Source: Basidiobolus ranarum (taxonomy: Eukaryota). Taken from it: a stretch of DNA of 42,843 nt. Location of the stretch: positions 1-42,843 of the forward strand of contig JASJQH010000033.1 in NCBI GenBank assembly GCA_040143965.1, given 5' to 3'. Numbering within the stretch: the first letter of the stretch is position 1; every line of letters starts with the position of its first letter. This document shows positions 9,950 through 25,808 of the stretch, piece by piece. The notes under the pieces are model-generated. The model was not told where the DNA came from. It saw only the letters and a list, made by a program, of their open reading frames with translations, and ran no database searches. The position numbers were made by a program, and so were the translations under genes.

Positions 9950-11641
9950 ATGCTGGTAATATTACTTCACTTTGTTTGGGATATAACAATATACATTAAC
10001 AAAATTACCGTCTTCTGTTAACCTTAGCTTGACATTACCCCATCCTACGAAGAAGTAAAGGAGCTAATTTCCTCGGGAAAAGGAAACACTGTACCGGTTT
10101 ACCATGTACTTTCCGCTGATTTATCTACCCCAGTTTCCACCTATTTAAAGCTGAGAAAAGAGGGAGTGGATTCCTTTTTGCTTGAGTCAGTCACTGGTGG
10201 TGAGAAAATTGGACGTTATTCTTTCATCAGTTTTGGTAAGTTTCGAGGCGTTTTCTTTTAAATATCTCTTTGGATATTTTCTCAAACCTATTGTATTTCA
10301 GATGCACATAAGATAATTAAAACTGGCGATAAGGAGGAGATAAAAGGAGACCCTTTAACGGTGGTCGAAAAAGAACTCAAGAACGCCAAATATGTTTCTA
10401 TCCCTGGACTTCCTTCTTTTACTGGTAACTATGTCTCTCATTTATGGTGACCAAGTCATTAAAGCTGACTAGTTTGTTATATATTAGGTGGCGCAATTGG
10501 ATATATCTCTTATGACTGTATAAAGTATTTCGAACCTCGAACAGCTAGAGAATTGAAGGACACCCTTGAACTTCCTGAAAGTATCTTCATGTTTTGTGAT
10601 ACCATGGTTATTTTCGACCATCTTCATCACTTGATCAAGATTGTAAGCCATATAAAGTGTAACGCTGACAACCTTGATTCCCTTGAAAGTCTCTACAAAA
10701 AAGCCAACGATGAGATTACTGAAGTAACAAAACGATTGAATGAAGATAAAATCCCTTTACCTGAGCAGCCACCTATTCAATTAAATCAAAGCTATACCTC
10801 TAACGTCGGTCAGGAAGGATATGAACACTTTGTAACCAATCTAAAAGAGCATATCGTTAAAGGAGACATCATTCAGGCAGTTCCCTCGCAAAGACTAGCT
10901 CGCCCTACTACCTTGCATCCATTCAATGCATACAGACATCTTCGTACTGTTAATCCAGCACCATACATGTTTTATTTTGATTTCCATGACTTTCACGTCG
11001 TTGGTGCTTCACCGGAAATGCTTGTCAAAGTAGAAAATAATGTTGTTTATACGCATCCTATTGCTGGAACTAGGAAACGTGGGAAAACCCAAGAAGAGGA
11101 TGACGCCTTGGCTGCTGATCTCTTAGCTGATGAAAAAGAAGTCGCTGAACATGTTATGTTGGTCGATCTTGGTCGTAATGACGTTAACAGAGTGTGCCGA
11201 CCAGAGACTGTTAAGGTGGATTCATTAATGCAAATCGAACGCTACAGTCACGTAATGCATATAGTCAGTAATGTCAGTGGTGTATTGCGCGAGGATCAAA
11301 CACCTTTCGACGCATTCCGATCAATCTTTCCTGCTGGCACAGTTTCTGGTGCACCAAAGATTCGAGCCATCGAACTGGTTGGTGAATTAGAGAAAGAAAA
11401 GCGAGGAATTTACGCAGGTGCAGTAGGACATTTCAGTTACTCTGGGGATTTAGATACCTGTATCGCTATTCGCACAATGGTGTTTAAAGATGGTGTAGCT
11501 TACATGCAAGCTGGTGCTGGTATTGTATATGACTCAATTCCGAAAAATGAATATGAAGAGACCATGACCAAGTTAATGTCCAACATGACGGCAATCACCC
11601 AAGCAGAGAAGCATTACTATAATTTACAGCAGCAAAGTTAA
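9950..11641 (+). CDS. TRP2: Anthranilate synthase component I, 4 exons
   Basis: ATGCTG|gt at 9950; spliced [42 protein letters not shown]; then [50 protein letters not shown]. Confidence 0.97.
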
Positions 11642-12068
11642 TTCTTGCTTATTCAAAATTAATATTATTTTGTCATTAATAAATGAAATAGAAACAAATC
11701 TACATCAGTTCTTTTGGCCCAGTTTCGAGTTAAAGTAGTAATTTGTATATTTCTTCTATAGTGTTACACAATACTGGTACACATTATAGGATTCTGTGTT
11801 ACTTGAATCCAATGGAAAGTCTACATCAATTAACAAGCTATGTGCTAGAGAGAGCTATTAAAAGGGAAGCAACGATAGAAACACGATATAATCCACAATT
11901 TCAAAGAACTTTAATATGAAGAATTTGAACCATGTATTGACAATGAAAATTAAGAATACATATGCAACATTTGTAAACAGCTGACCCTTGCCCAAGCTTT
12001 ACATCTGGCAATAAATGCCATTTGAAAATAACACACAGGATGTCTAACCCAGACACAATTTAATGTAA

Positions 12069-12141
12069 GGCCCTGTAGCTCAGTGGAAAGAGTGTCTCCC
12101 TCCGGAGGAGAAAGTCGTGGGTTCGACCCCCACCCGGGTCG
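12069..12141 (+). tRNA. tRNA-Arg(CCG), copy 3
   Basis: Identical to 4802-4874; T6 terminator at 12147-12152. Confidence 0.95.
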
Positions 12142-12341
12142 TCCTATTTTTTAATCAATTTTGTTTTTAAATTTTCTTCACTATCCTTAGAATGTTTTTT
12201 CTCTAGTGATTTACAAATGGAATAATTATTGCAAGAATATTAGATTAAGAATATTCATGGATGATGCTCTGCTTTGTTTATTTCGTTAATATAAACGCAC
12301 TAAGGTATGTTAATAATACAGTCAAATCCGCTGGAGTTCCT

Positions 12342-13529
12342 TTAATCTTCTTCCATATCCTCATTTAGAGATTCCTGAAATGATAGTAATGATGAGAAAT
12401 TTTTAGTAGATTTGATATCAGCGAGACAAAACACCAACCTTAGCAAACTTTTCGGCTTCTTCAATGATTTCTTTGGGGACGAATTCGTGTTTACCCTTAG
12501 TGTCATTTGATACCCATGAGAGTTCTAGTTCAAAGTCCTTATCTTTAGCTTCATCGTGAGCAGTATAAATGCTGAGAAATAAGGTTAGTATATTGAGGAT
12601 CTCACTTAATTGCCAATAATATACTGTACATTCTGGCTGCCTCCTTAACAGCTTCACGAACGGTCATCTCTTCCAACTTAAGCTTCTCGATTTCTGTTTT
12701 GGCTACCTGCTTTCCTTTTCCAATAGCACAACCATGATAACCCTACCAAAGGTTTAGTATACTCTACAATACTACAAGTATTTAAAGAATATATTACCCA
12801 ATAGACACCTGATGGCTCGACCATATAGAGTTGTGGTCCTTCTTGGTCAATAAGACCTACGATAGTACTACAACCGAAGGGTCTGACGCTTGAATAAAGG
12901 GTATAGGCTTGAACATATTGTCCAATACGATCAGCAATCATCTAAGAAAGGAATTAAAAATACCATTAAAAAATGAAGGACAAATCTACTTCAAGTACAC
13001 CAAACACAATACTTTTCCGGGAATAGCCACACTATAGTTATCACGGTAGCTTTGAGCCTCCTCTCTGGTTCTGTTGACAATATGTCTAGCGTCCGCAATC
13101 AAACCAGCAGTAGCCTAGAATAATACGGGTTTAATTATGATTGATAAAGAAATAAAATAATCCTTCCATTACTACTTACCACACCAATATGCCTATCAAC
13201 TGTTTGAATACGCTTGTTAGAGCCAGGAACCAATAGTTTAGATTGAATAATCTTTTCTACGGCAAATACCACCCCATCCTTAACACGTAATCCGATAGCG
13301 GTTCTATAAATCGGATTTGTTATTTCGAGTCTTCATAATAGGTAATAAAGCATACATACCCACTGTTATCAACAGCTTTTCCAGCGTATTCTACTTGAAA
13401 GACACGGCCATCAGGAGAATATGTGCTTACCGATAAATCGTACTAAAAAAGAAGGAAAATATTAAGTAATAGATAATAAGAAGAAGGTTTATCAAACTCT
13501 TCACATACACCAGTTCCAATAGAAGTCAT
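12342..13529 (-). CDS. PRE10: 20S proteasome subunit alpha7 (PSMA3/Pre10), 8 exons
   Basis: [55 protein letters not shown], acidic tail [10 protein letters not shown]. Confidence 0.97.
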
Positions 13530-14216
13530 ATTTTCCGAGATTTGTTATTAAAAAAGTGAGAAGTAAAAGTAATTAAGATAATATACTTTGTACACACTTG
13601 TAAAGGACTTTGGAGTCTTGTTTTCCAACTGGCTTCGTATAGGTAAAGATTGCTTACGACATCACATTCATCATATTCAATATGGACCCTGGAAATATTA
13701 AGGTCCTTAGATGAATATCGATCAAATTAGTTTAAAAAATGGTTTACTTATTCAAAATTGTTGAAAAAGAATAATTAATGCAACAATCAACGATCCTTAT
13801 TGAAAACCATATGATTTCACTGCTTGCCAATAATATTCGCATAAATAGCAACAAAAGAGAAACTTTTCATTGTTGCTCACTATCACATACTCATTCAAAA
13901 AATGAACAAATGAAATGCAATTTCCTGTATATGTCTACATATGCCACCCATCCAGATCGTATTTCCAAATTGCTGGATTAATTTTCAACGTCCAAGAAAA
14001 AAAAGAATATCTGATTGTTTTCTACTTCTAACTGGAGGAAAATTTTTATAAACAGAAAAAAAACCTTGCTGAATTTAAAAGGATCTTAAATTAACGCGAC
14101 AGAAAAAAAAATTGTTTACTAAATCAGTTTAATATTAACCTAAGTACCTTTTCTGCTTCTGTCAGGACTTTCACTCTCTTCATATACTAGCTCCACCATT
14201 TTTATTAACGAATAGA

Positions 14217-16670
14217 ATGAGTGAAAAGTCTACTCTTTATGAGTTAATTTCTAGTTTCTTGTCTGAAAATGGCAGCGAAAAAACTGCCAAATCTCTCGAG
14301 ACAGCTATCATGGAGGTAACTATTGTTGTCTTTATTTGTGTTTCTTTAATTAGTTGGGCACCAACCCTAAACAACTGTACTGGATACCTGTTTAACCTAT
14401 TTATTCTTTTCTAGCTTGTGAAAGATGAAAAATCCACTTCTTGGTTAGATGTCCTTCGTAAACACCTTGCTGTTCCCAAAACGTAAGCTGCCCCTACAAC
14501 CATCGTTTTTCCTAGTTAAATTATTAAGACATCCATTTTTAGTGATGCCATGGAGGTTGACGAAGATTCTTCTGATTCCGATTCAAGCGACTCTGAAGAG
14601 GATAAGGATTCTTCTAGCAGCTCTTCGGATTCAGAGGACGCTGATTCTGAATCCAGCAGCTCCGATGAAGCTGATTCTGACTCCGATTCTAGCGATGACG
14701 AAGACAAACCTGAGGTTGCTGCTGCTGTCGAAAAAGAGGCAAAGGAGAGCAGCTCATCATCTAGCAGCGATAGCTCTAGCAGCAGCGAATCTTCCTCTTC
14801 CGATTCATCCTCTGAAGATGAAAAGGAGAAGGCTAAATCATCTTCTGAATCCTCAAGCAGCGATTCCTCCTCTGATTCCTCAAGCAGTGATTCTTCCGAA
14901 TCAGAAGATGAGAAGGCTGAAGTGAAGGCTAAATCATCTTCTGAATCTTCTAGCAGCGATTCCTCTTCTGATTCCTCAAGCAGTGATTCTTCCGAATCAG
15001 AAGACGAGAAGGCTGAAGAAAAGGCTAAGAGTGATTCATCCTCATCCTCCTCTGACTCTTCTAGCAGCAGCGACTCCTCATCAGAATCCGAAGATGAGAA
15101 GGCTAAATCCGACTCTTCCTCTTCTTCCTCTTCTAGCAGCGATGATTCTTCATCTGAATCCGAGGATGAGAAATCCGAGGAAAAGTCCAAGTCTGACTCC
15201 TCCTCTTCAGATTCTTCCTCTGAGTCCGAGGACGAAAAGGCTAAGGCTGAGTCATCCTCTTCAGATTCTTCCAGCAGTGAAGACTCATCTTCTGAATCCG
15301 AAGATGAGAAAGCCGAGGAAAAGGCTAAAGTAGACTCATCATCTTCCGACTCCTCAAGCAGTGACGATTCCTCCTCTGAATCCGAAGATGAGAAGACTGA
15401 GGAAAAGGCCAAGGCCGAGTCATCCTCTTCTGACTCCTCAAGCAGTGATGATTCCTCCTCTGAGTCTGAAGATGAGAAGACTGAGGAGAAGGCTAAATCC
15501 GATTCCTCATCATCAGAATCTTCTAGCAGTGATGATTCCTCTTCTGAATCTGAGGATGAGAAAGCCAAATCATCAAGCAGTGATTCCTCAGACTCTGACT
15601 CCGACTCTAGCTCTGAGGATGAAGAGGAAAAGGCCGAGTCCTCCTCTTCAGATTCTTCCAGCAGTGATGAGTCTGATTCCGACAAAGACGTTGAGATGAC
15701 CGAAGCTAAAAAAGCTGAATCCAGCAGTTCTGATTCCTCTTCTGAAGAGGAAAAGGCCAAATCCGATTCATCCAGCAGTGATTCTTCTGACTCCGATTCC
15801 AGCTCCGATGAAGAGGAGAAGGCCAAATCCGATTCCTCCTCCGACTCTGATTCCTCCAGCGAATCTGAGTCTTCAGATTCAGAGGATGAGAAAGAAGCCA
15901 AAGCCGAGGCCAGCAGCTCTGATTCATCTGACTCCGACTCTAGCTCCGAAGATGAGAAAGAGGTAAAGGCTGAATCTTCCAGCAGCTCTGATTCCTCATC
16001 AGAATCCGAAGATGAGAAGGCCAAGGCCGAATCATCAAGCAGCGACTCTTCTGACTCTGACTCTAGCTCTGATGAAGAGGAGAAAACCAAATCTGATTCT
16101 TCCTCCGACTCTGACTCAGATTCTTCTAGTGAATCTGAAGATGAGAAGGAAGAGGCTAAAGCAAAGGCCGATTCATCCAGCAGCGAGGAATCATCCGACT
16201 CTAGCTCCGAAGAAGAGAAAAAAGCCAACTCTGATTCATCCAGCAGCGAAGAATCTTCATCAGAATCCGAAGAAGAGTCTGAGGAGAATTCTAAGAAGAG
16301 AAAGGCCGACTCCTCCGATAGCGAAGCTTCAGAAGAAACCAACAAGCGTATGAAGATGTCTGTTGAAACTCCCAACAACAAGAGACCTGCTGAATCTGAC
16401 GGAACACCCAAGAGTAAGAGAACCCCCAATACCCCTTTTTGCAGAATTAAGGATGAAGATGTAGTTTTCCATGACCAACGCTTGAAAGACAATACTTTCA
16501 TGAGCAAGGGTGGTTCCGAAGGTTCATATGGTCACAAAGCTCACAATGACTTGATCGTTACTCGCGGTAAAGGATTTACCAAAGAAAAGAACAAGAAGAA
16601 GCGTGGCTCTTATCGTGGAGGTAAAATCGACATGGACAGTCACTCAATCAAGTTTAACTTCAACGAATAA
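14217..16670 (+). CDS. SRP40: Srp40/Nopp140-like nucleolar phosphoprotein, 3 exons
   Basis: LisH-like N-terminus (LYELISSFLSENG) spliced to long Ser/acidic-Lys alternating repeats and the SRP40 C-terminal domain (PFCRI...DNTF...YGHKAHNDLIVTRGKGFTKEKNKKKRGSYRGGKID...SIKF). Confidence 0.95.
14560..16330 (+). repeat. Coding tandem repeats of SRP40 (S/D/E tracts separated by EKAK-type spacers)
   Basis: About 20 imperfect units; a near-identical 96-bp pair at 14829-14924 and 14925-15020. Confidence 0.9.
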
Positions 16671-17234
16671 TTGATTTAATTGGAACAGAATTATAGACTC
16701 TACCATTTGAAATTCATGAGCAATCTTGTGTCGCTTCTCTAGCACTGAACTTTATCACTATTATTATGTCCTTTTTCATATATCTCAATTAGATGCTCAT
16801 TTAACGAATTTCGCTCCATGTAAATTTTCTTTTTCTTTTCGTTTTTTCTCCGGCGTTAATGTATTTCGAAAATTACAACAGGCCTTCGAAAATAAAAAGC
16901 GAAATATTTATGACCAAAGGTTTTTCAACAATGCAGTGGATCTCGTATCTTTAGTCTCGGTTTAAACTTCGTTGACTGTGGAAGCATTCGGGGATTCATA
17001 TTTGCGCACCATAACTATATTCAGAATATAGATAGAGTTGTACGTGAATTAGAGACATGCGATAGTGTGTATATATATAGTATATGTACTGCGAATAATA
17101 ACCAAACCATGCAAAAGCTATGCGAACATTCGTATCTAGCACAGTATTAGAGGCACACTAGTATTCTCAAAGGATGAAACACAATAATCATTTTTACTAA
17201 TGCAATATTTATTTTCCATGCAGAATGAAGAGAT

Positions 17235-18188
17235 TTAAACATTAGAGGTGCCAGAGATATAGAACCACTTATCAACAGAGGAGTCAATGGGAGCTGAAGG
17301 CTTACGGGAATCTTCGGGAATCTTTTTACAAGCATCGTTGTCAGAGGCAATCTTATAAGGTGAGCCTTCAACAGTGGTGTTTTCCAGGGCTAAATCATAA
17401 AGCTCTGCCTTGGGAGGGATGGCACCGGTGATCAGACGCTTCCATGCATCGTGAGTTTCAAGAATAACTTCAGTAGCATATTTCTTGTTCTTGGCTTCGC
17501 CAGAGAAGGCGAATTGGTTTTCGGGCTTGCCATCAGGGATTTTGTAGATACGGAACCATTCATTTGTGGCACGAATCAATCCAGGAAGGTGCTTCTCAAC
17601 ATCCTCAATATCGTTTAACTTATTGGCAAGAGGGTCGTTGACATCAATGGCAATGACCTTCCAATCAGTCTCTCCCTCATCAAGTAAAGCCATAACACCG
17701 AGGACCTTGACTTGCTTGACCTGACCGGTATAACCAACCTGTTCACCAATCTCAATAACATCAACAGGGTCATTGTCACCACGAGCCTTGGTCTCAGGGT
17801 GGGAATGAGTAGGGTCCTCCCAGGTTTGGGGAAGTGCACCGTAGTTCCAGATATAACCGTGGTGAGGGAAACAGTTGCGGACATATCTCAATTTTCCTTT
17901 CTTAATATCTTGCTTGATACCATTGAAGCTCTCGCCTGTGGAAATCTCGAGCTTGGCATTAGTCCAGCGAGGAATCTCGACTACCATATTGAACACGTTC
18001 TGGGTATCATTAGCGAAAAGGGGGATATCGTGGAAAGGGGAGATAATCTTTCCGTCCTTCTCTGTTTAAGTAACAACAAATCAATTAATCAATTCAACGT
18101 TCAACTACATCGTTGGAATCTTACCGAAATATACGCGATGTTCCAAAGTATTAGGAGCACCGATGATGCGGTTCTTGTATTCAGCCAT
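17235..18188 (-). CDS. IPP1: Soluble inorganic pyrophosphatase, 2 exons
   Basis: [75 protein letters not shown]. Confidence 0.97.
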
Positions 18189-18572
18189 GGTTAGTTTGCA
18201 GAAAACTAAAGATGTGTAAAGACATTTGCTGACTTTTATACAATTCGAAGATGATATTTATCACCCCATTCATTGGATATATTTCTATTGGAATAATTAA
18301 CGCTGCTCCGAAACCTAATCCGGAAACGAACCAATCGGAGCACATTACTTGTTATTTCTCAATCATTCTCTACCACGTTCGAACTCTTACGAACACTAAG
18401 ATTCATCCACTTGTGATTTTAGATGCTAATCTTGCCTTTTCCACCCTAGCCCGGGGGCATGCTTTTGAGATAATTCTTGTTTCCTAAGGTTACATTCTAA
18501 ATGACGAGATAAGAGCTAATAGTGTAGTCATTGGGAGCAATTTAATGATCAATTTCGAATTTTGAGTGCACT

Positions 18573-19118
18573 CTAGTCGCATGAGCCATCCTTAGGGCCG
18601 TTTCTCCACCTTTCATCCACTTTGGAGCAATCAAATTCTGGCTTTTTCAACAATTTGTTAACGCCATTATGAAGCTGACAAAGCCATAACGAAAGAGCAT
18701 CTCTACTATCTACTTTGGGCGGAGCACTTTTCATTTCCCCCTGTAAATGATTCGCACACCAATTACAAGGATAGAACTTTGAAAACGTGTCTAGAAATGT
18801 ATTCATGTCACCCTGCTGCTCTTTACTGGGTTTATCCGGGTAGTACGCCGCCATGGTATGCAAAAAAGTCCAAGTAGATCTTCCAAGCTCAACTTTATCT
18901 GGTGGGCACTCAATATTCCATTTTTCTTTCGTTGGTGGAATTTTCTCTACGGGCGTAGTCTCTACCGTAGGAGTGGTCGAGTTATTTTCCGATGTCTTTA
19001 GTTCCTTGCGTTCTTTCTTGGTCCAACTTTTAAAGGCATCACATACTCGACAAGGTCGCTTAACCACTATGATCTCTTGTACCGGTGGTTCCTTTGTGGG
19101 CTCTGGTGCAGGACTCAT
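18573..19118 (-). CDS. ERV1: Erv1/ALR FAD-dependent sulfhydryl oxidase
   Basis: N-terminal shuttle CRVC, CPPD..ELGRSTWTFLHT, YPCNWCA, WLCQLHN.VN..L.KP.FDC, RW. Confidence 0.95.
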   Translation of the reverse strand: MSPAPEPTKEPPVQEIIVVKRPCRVCDAFKSWTKKERKELKTSENNSTTPTVETTPVEKIPPTKEKWNIECPPDKVELGRSTWTFLHTMAAYYPDKPSKEQQGDMNTFLDTFSKFYPCNWCANHLQGEMKSAPPKVDSRDALSLWLCQLHNGVNKLLKKPEFDCSKVDERWRNGPKDGSCD

Positions 19119-19783
19119 ATGTACAGGAAAATATTTTAGCGTTTGAGTTTAGTATTGGGAAATGTAGGTCTTTATAACGCTAAACCACTCAGAAAAGAAA
19201 CATATTGAGATACGAGACCCATCTAGCCTGGAATCTCGAACCAGAACCATGATAAGAGGCTAAATTGGACAGTTTCAAACTTTTAATCATCTTCATAATC
19301 ATCTTTGACAGTAACATGAAATCAATGCGAGTAAAGATTAAGTTTGTTCATTTTCTTGAGATTTACCAGATTAAGTAGCTTAATCGTAAGATGGGTTCAA
19401 TGTGTATAACAATCCAAGTCACCTCATTTGTAACTTCAAAATCCGATAATAAACCAAATCCGATAAAAAATAATATGGATATTCATATGAATCCTATAAA
19501 ATCCATTGGAGTCTAATTAAATACAAGTTATCGTGATCGCAGTGTAACTAACTCCTTAACAGCCGTTTTAGACCAAGTGTAATCTTTTTCTCTTTAACAT
19601 TTTACATAAAACTCACGAAATTCTACCAAGCATTAACAGAAAACGAAGTCTATTTTGAATATATCTCCAGTTTGTAATAGCTCTTCATACTTCTAGTGGA
19701 AATAATTTTTGTTTTATTTCACTGATCGGTTTTCGTTGAAACTTTTTTAATAAGCATAATAATAAAAGTTTGGCCTAGTAAAT

Positions 19784-22885
<3,102 letters not shown>

Positions 22886-23416
22886 ATGAAGAATCCAGTA
22901 CGCCAAGGAATCCTTAGTGAGTTGAATTTATGTTAGCTTTTTTCTTATTCACCAAGCCGTGTTTGCCGTATTTCATATCATCTCATTGTTTTAGAAAGCA
23001 AAGGTGATGTTGATTGCTTACAATATTGCGACGTGAACCACTCGCCGTTTCATTCCCCCTCTGTTGTGTCGAGCTACTCTATTTTTACGTACTTTACCAC
23101 CTCATTGTACAAAACAAAAAGAATCTTTTTTTAGTCGGCTTTCTTTCACTTAATCATTGTTAGTGTTGCCTCGTATTTTTTCCTTTACTTTCCTTTTTAT
23201 AATGCCAAGTAAGTAACAAGTATGGGGTTTGGTTTATTTCTTAGTACACATAATTAATAAAGATGTGTCGAAAAAAACAATTATGATCTTTTAAACTAGT
23301 AATTCATCAGGTGGTCATATGAATTTCAGTAACAACCTCAGTAACGACATTCAGCTATTAGTACTTCTGAATCGAATGTTTGTATTTGTACAACGACAGA
23401 CTGTATTAAGATGACT

Positions 23417-25098
23417 CTATCGATCACTTGAATGTTTGTTCTTCTTACTGGTAGGCTTATCAAAGTCATCGTGCATACCTCCCATCTTGGAGATATTCCG
23501 TTTAGTTAGTTCTGTGTTTTGAAACCACGGAGCATCTTTACTCGAAGTATCCTGATCAACCAAATGGGTGTATTTTGTTTGTCCAGTACGACCAAAGTTT
23601 TTAACTTGTAGCACTTTAGGTAGTGTTTCTTTGTTACGGATTTCGTCAGGTGTTGGCTCAGCAAAGTCGCGTTCTAGCACTTTACCACCTTCCTCCTATT
23701 GAATTTATGCATTAGTGAACAACACAAAATAGTAGTAACTAATAAGACAGTAATAAGTACCACATAGAATGCACCCTTGTGGAAATATTTTTGCATAAAT
23801 ATCGGCTTTCCTCTTTCCTTCTTCTTGTTCTCTTTTTGCTCACGAACATAAGCCATATCTTCGGCCCATCTCTGTTTCTCAGGCATAGCACGACGACGTT
23901 CGATTTCTGCTCGCTCCTTTTCAACACTGATATCGAACGTTAGTAATGTTTAAGGTGGACTTGAATCAATGAAATGCAACTCACACTAAACGTTCTTCTT
24001 TATCACGCTTTACACGCTGTAACTCTCTTAATTTCCATGCCTCATACTCTGCTTCCTCATCCAATCCATCGGTATCATCGATATCAGGTGGTCGGAGGTT
24101 TTCATCATCGTCGCCTATATTTGCAACCAGTTAGCTGAATTGAAAGTTGTGGTATTTTCAACAGATAGAAGAACTAACCAGAATCTTCCATCTCACGTCG
24201 AATCTCTTCTGCGACCATTTGACGTGACTCCTTCTTCCTAGTTTCCAATTCCAACTCCTTTTCTTTCAACATCTCTTCTTCCTCCTTCTCCAAAATTTCT
24301 TTTTCATTTACAGTTACTCTATGTACTCTATATCGAATAAATACCTTCAGTAAACATTCGAAATTATATAGATATATTATAAGTATATACAAACTTTGGA
24401 ATAAAAACTGGTTTGAGCATAGGCTTGACAAAGGTCTCCTCCTCTTCTTCAGAATCGGTTTCATACTCGGACGATGATTCACTGGAATTTTCCTGGACGG
24501 AAATGCATATATATTAATATCAAAGTATATGCACAGCAAATATGAAACAGTATATACCTTTTCCACAAGCTCTTGCCTATCCACGTCCTCTCTATCTTCT
24601 TCTTCTTCTGCTTCCTCCTCTTCTTGCTGACGTCGAATTCTCTCTCTTAGAAGTGCACGCCGCCTAACTATTGTTTCTTCATCTTCCGATTCCTCCTCTT
24701 CTTCTATTAAAGAGCGTATAAAAGGGACCAGTTTTAGTGGGAATATTATTAAAAAATATACACACTGGTAAGTGATAAAAAGCAACTGAACTAGTTTCAT
24801 TCGGTATGTGATTTCTATGATTTACAGGCTCCTCGTCTGAATTTTCCTCTATATTCTCTTTTCTAGCTTTCAATCTTCTTAATCTTCTATCATCGGTGAC
24901 AGAAACATTTTGAACGGGTTCAGTGAATTGGATATTAGAAGTGGTTAAAGTAATATTTTCTTCTACTTCTTCCTCTTCTTCAGAAGAACTGGACTCTAAA
25001 TCGGCACCTTGAGGTGCTTTACCAGGAAAATAACGTGTAACTTTTACTCGCTCGGTACGAAATTCACCTTTACTACCTATTGTACTTCTAGCAGCCAT
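23417..25098 (-). CDS. MFAP1: MFAP1/Spp381-like spliceosomal B-complex protein, ~7 exons
   Basis: RYFPGKAP, LKPVFIPK, EYEAWKLRELQRVKRDKEER, FMQKYFHKGAFY, LPKVLQVKNFGRTGQTKYTHLVDQDT; first intron donor is uncertain. Confidence 0.93.
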
Positions 25099-25808
25099 TG
25101 TGAACGTGTGAAGAAAATTGATATGAATATAAATTCAATGATATATTAGTCTATTAGTGCTTAAGAAAAATCATCAGAATTACTTTATTCACCCATTATT
25201 AATATAATAAGTATGTTCAATATATGTATATAATATGATTAAATTAAACCAATTTTAAATTCATATTAAACTCTTTGAAATATTCATTTTAATGGTTTTA
25301 AAAATCTTGTTCTCTCCTTAAGTTTTATTCGTTCAATTCAAGATCTCTAATGCTTAAGGATCTGATGTATCATGTGATAGAATTGAATATCAATAGAATT
25401 ATGTATGAAGATAAACAATGGATCAAAGTGAAAAAAAATGAATTCATTGGAATATCGAATGGTTTTTATGCTGACGAACCCATGCGCAAGTCTTTTGTTA
25501 TTACCCAGGTCGTTCTTTAGCCATACCCTAAGTCCGAAGACAGTAAGAAGAGTACCTCCCCTGTATTCACCAAAGTAAAGTACGAGGGCACCTAAGTGAA
25601 GCAACACAACCGGGGTTCAACTTTATACGCAAAAGACTTACCCCTACCAACCCCTAGTCGAAGTGGTTAACTTTAACGAACGTTCCTAGTTTAGCAATAC
25701 AAGGTCACCCCTCACCTATCCCCCCTAAAGAAACCCCTGTCGTTGTGTTTGTTTGGCTCGTAACTGGTAAACTCAGTAAAACTGATATATTCTCGAGGTG
25801 TGTCAAAG

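Noticed and set aside
14516..16507. 663-aa antisense ORF and alternative-frame ORFs over SRP40
   Set aside because: Shadow of Ser/Asp/Glu low-complexity codons; no independent coding signal.
17235..17237. Stop-codon readthrough generating a cryptic PTS1 on IPP1
   Set aside because: The stop is TAA-ATC, not the TGA-CTA readthrough context, and I saw no SKL-like end shortly downstream.
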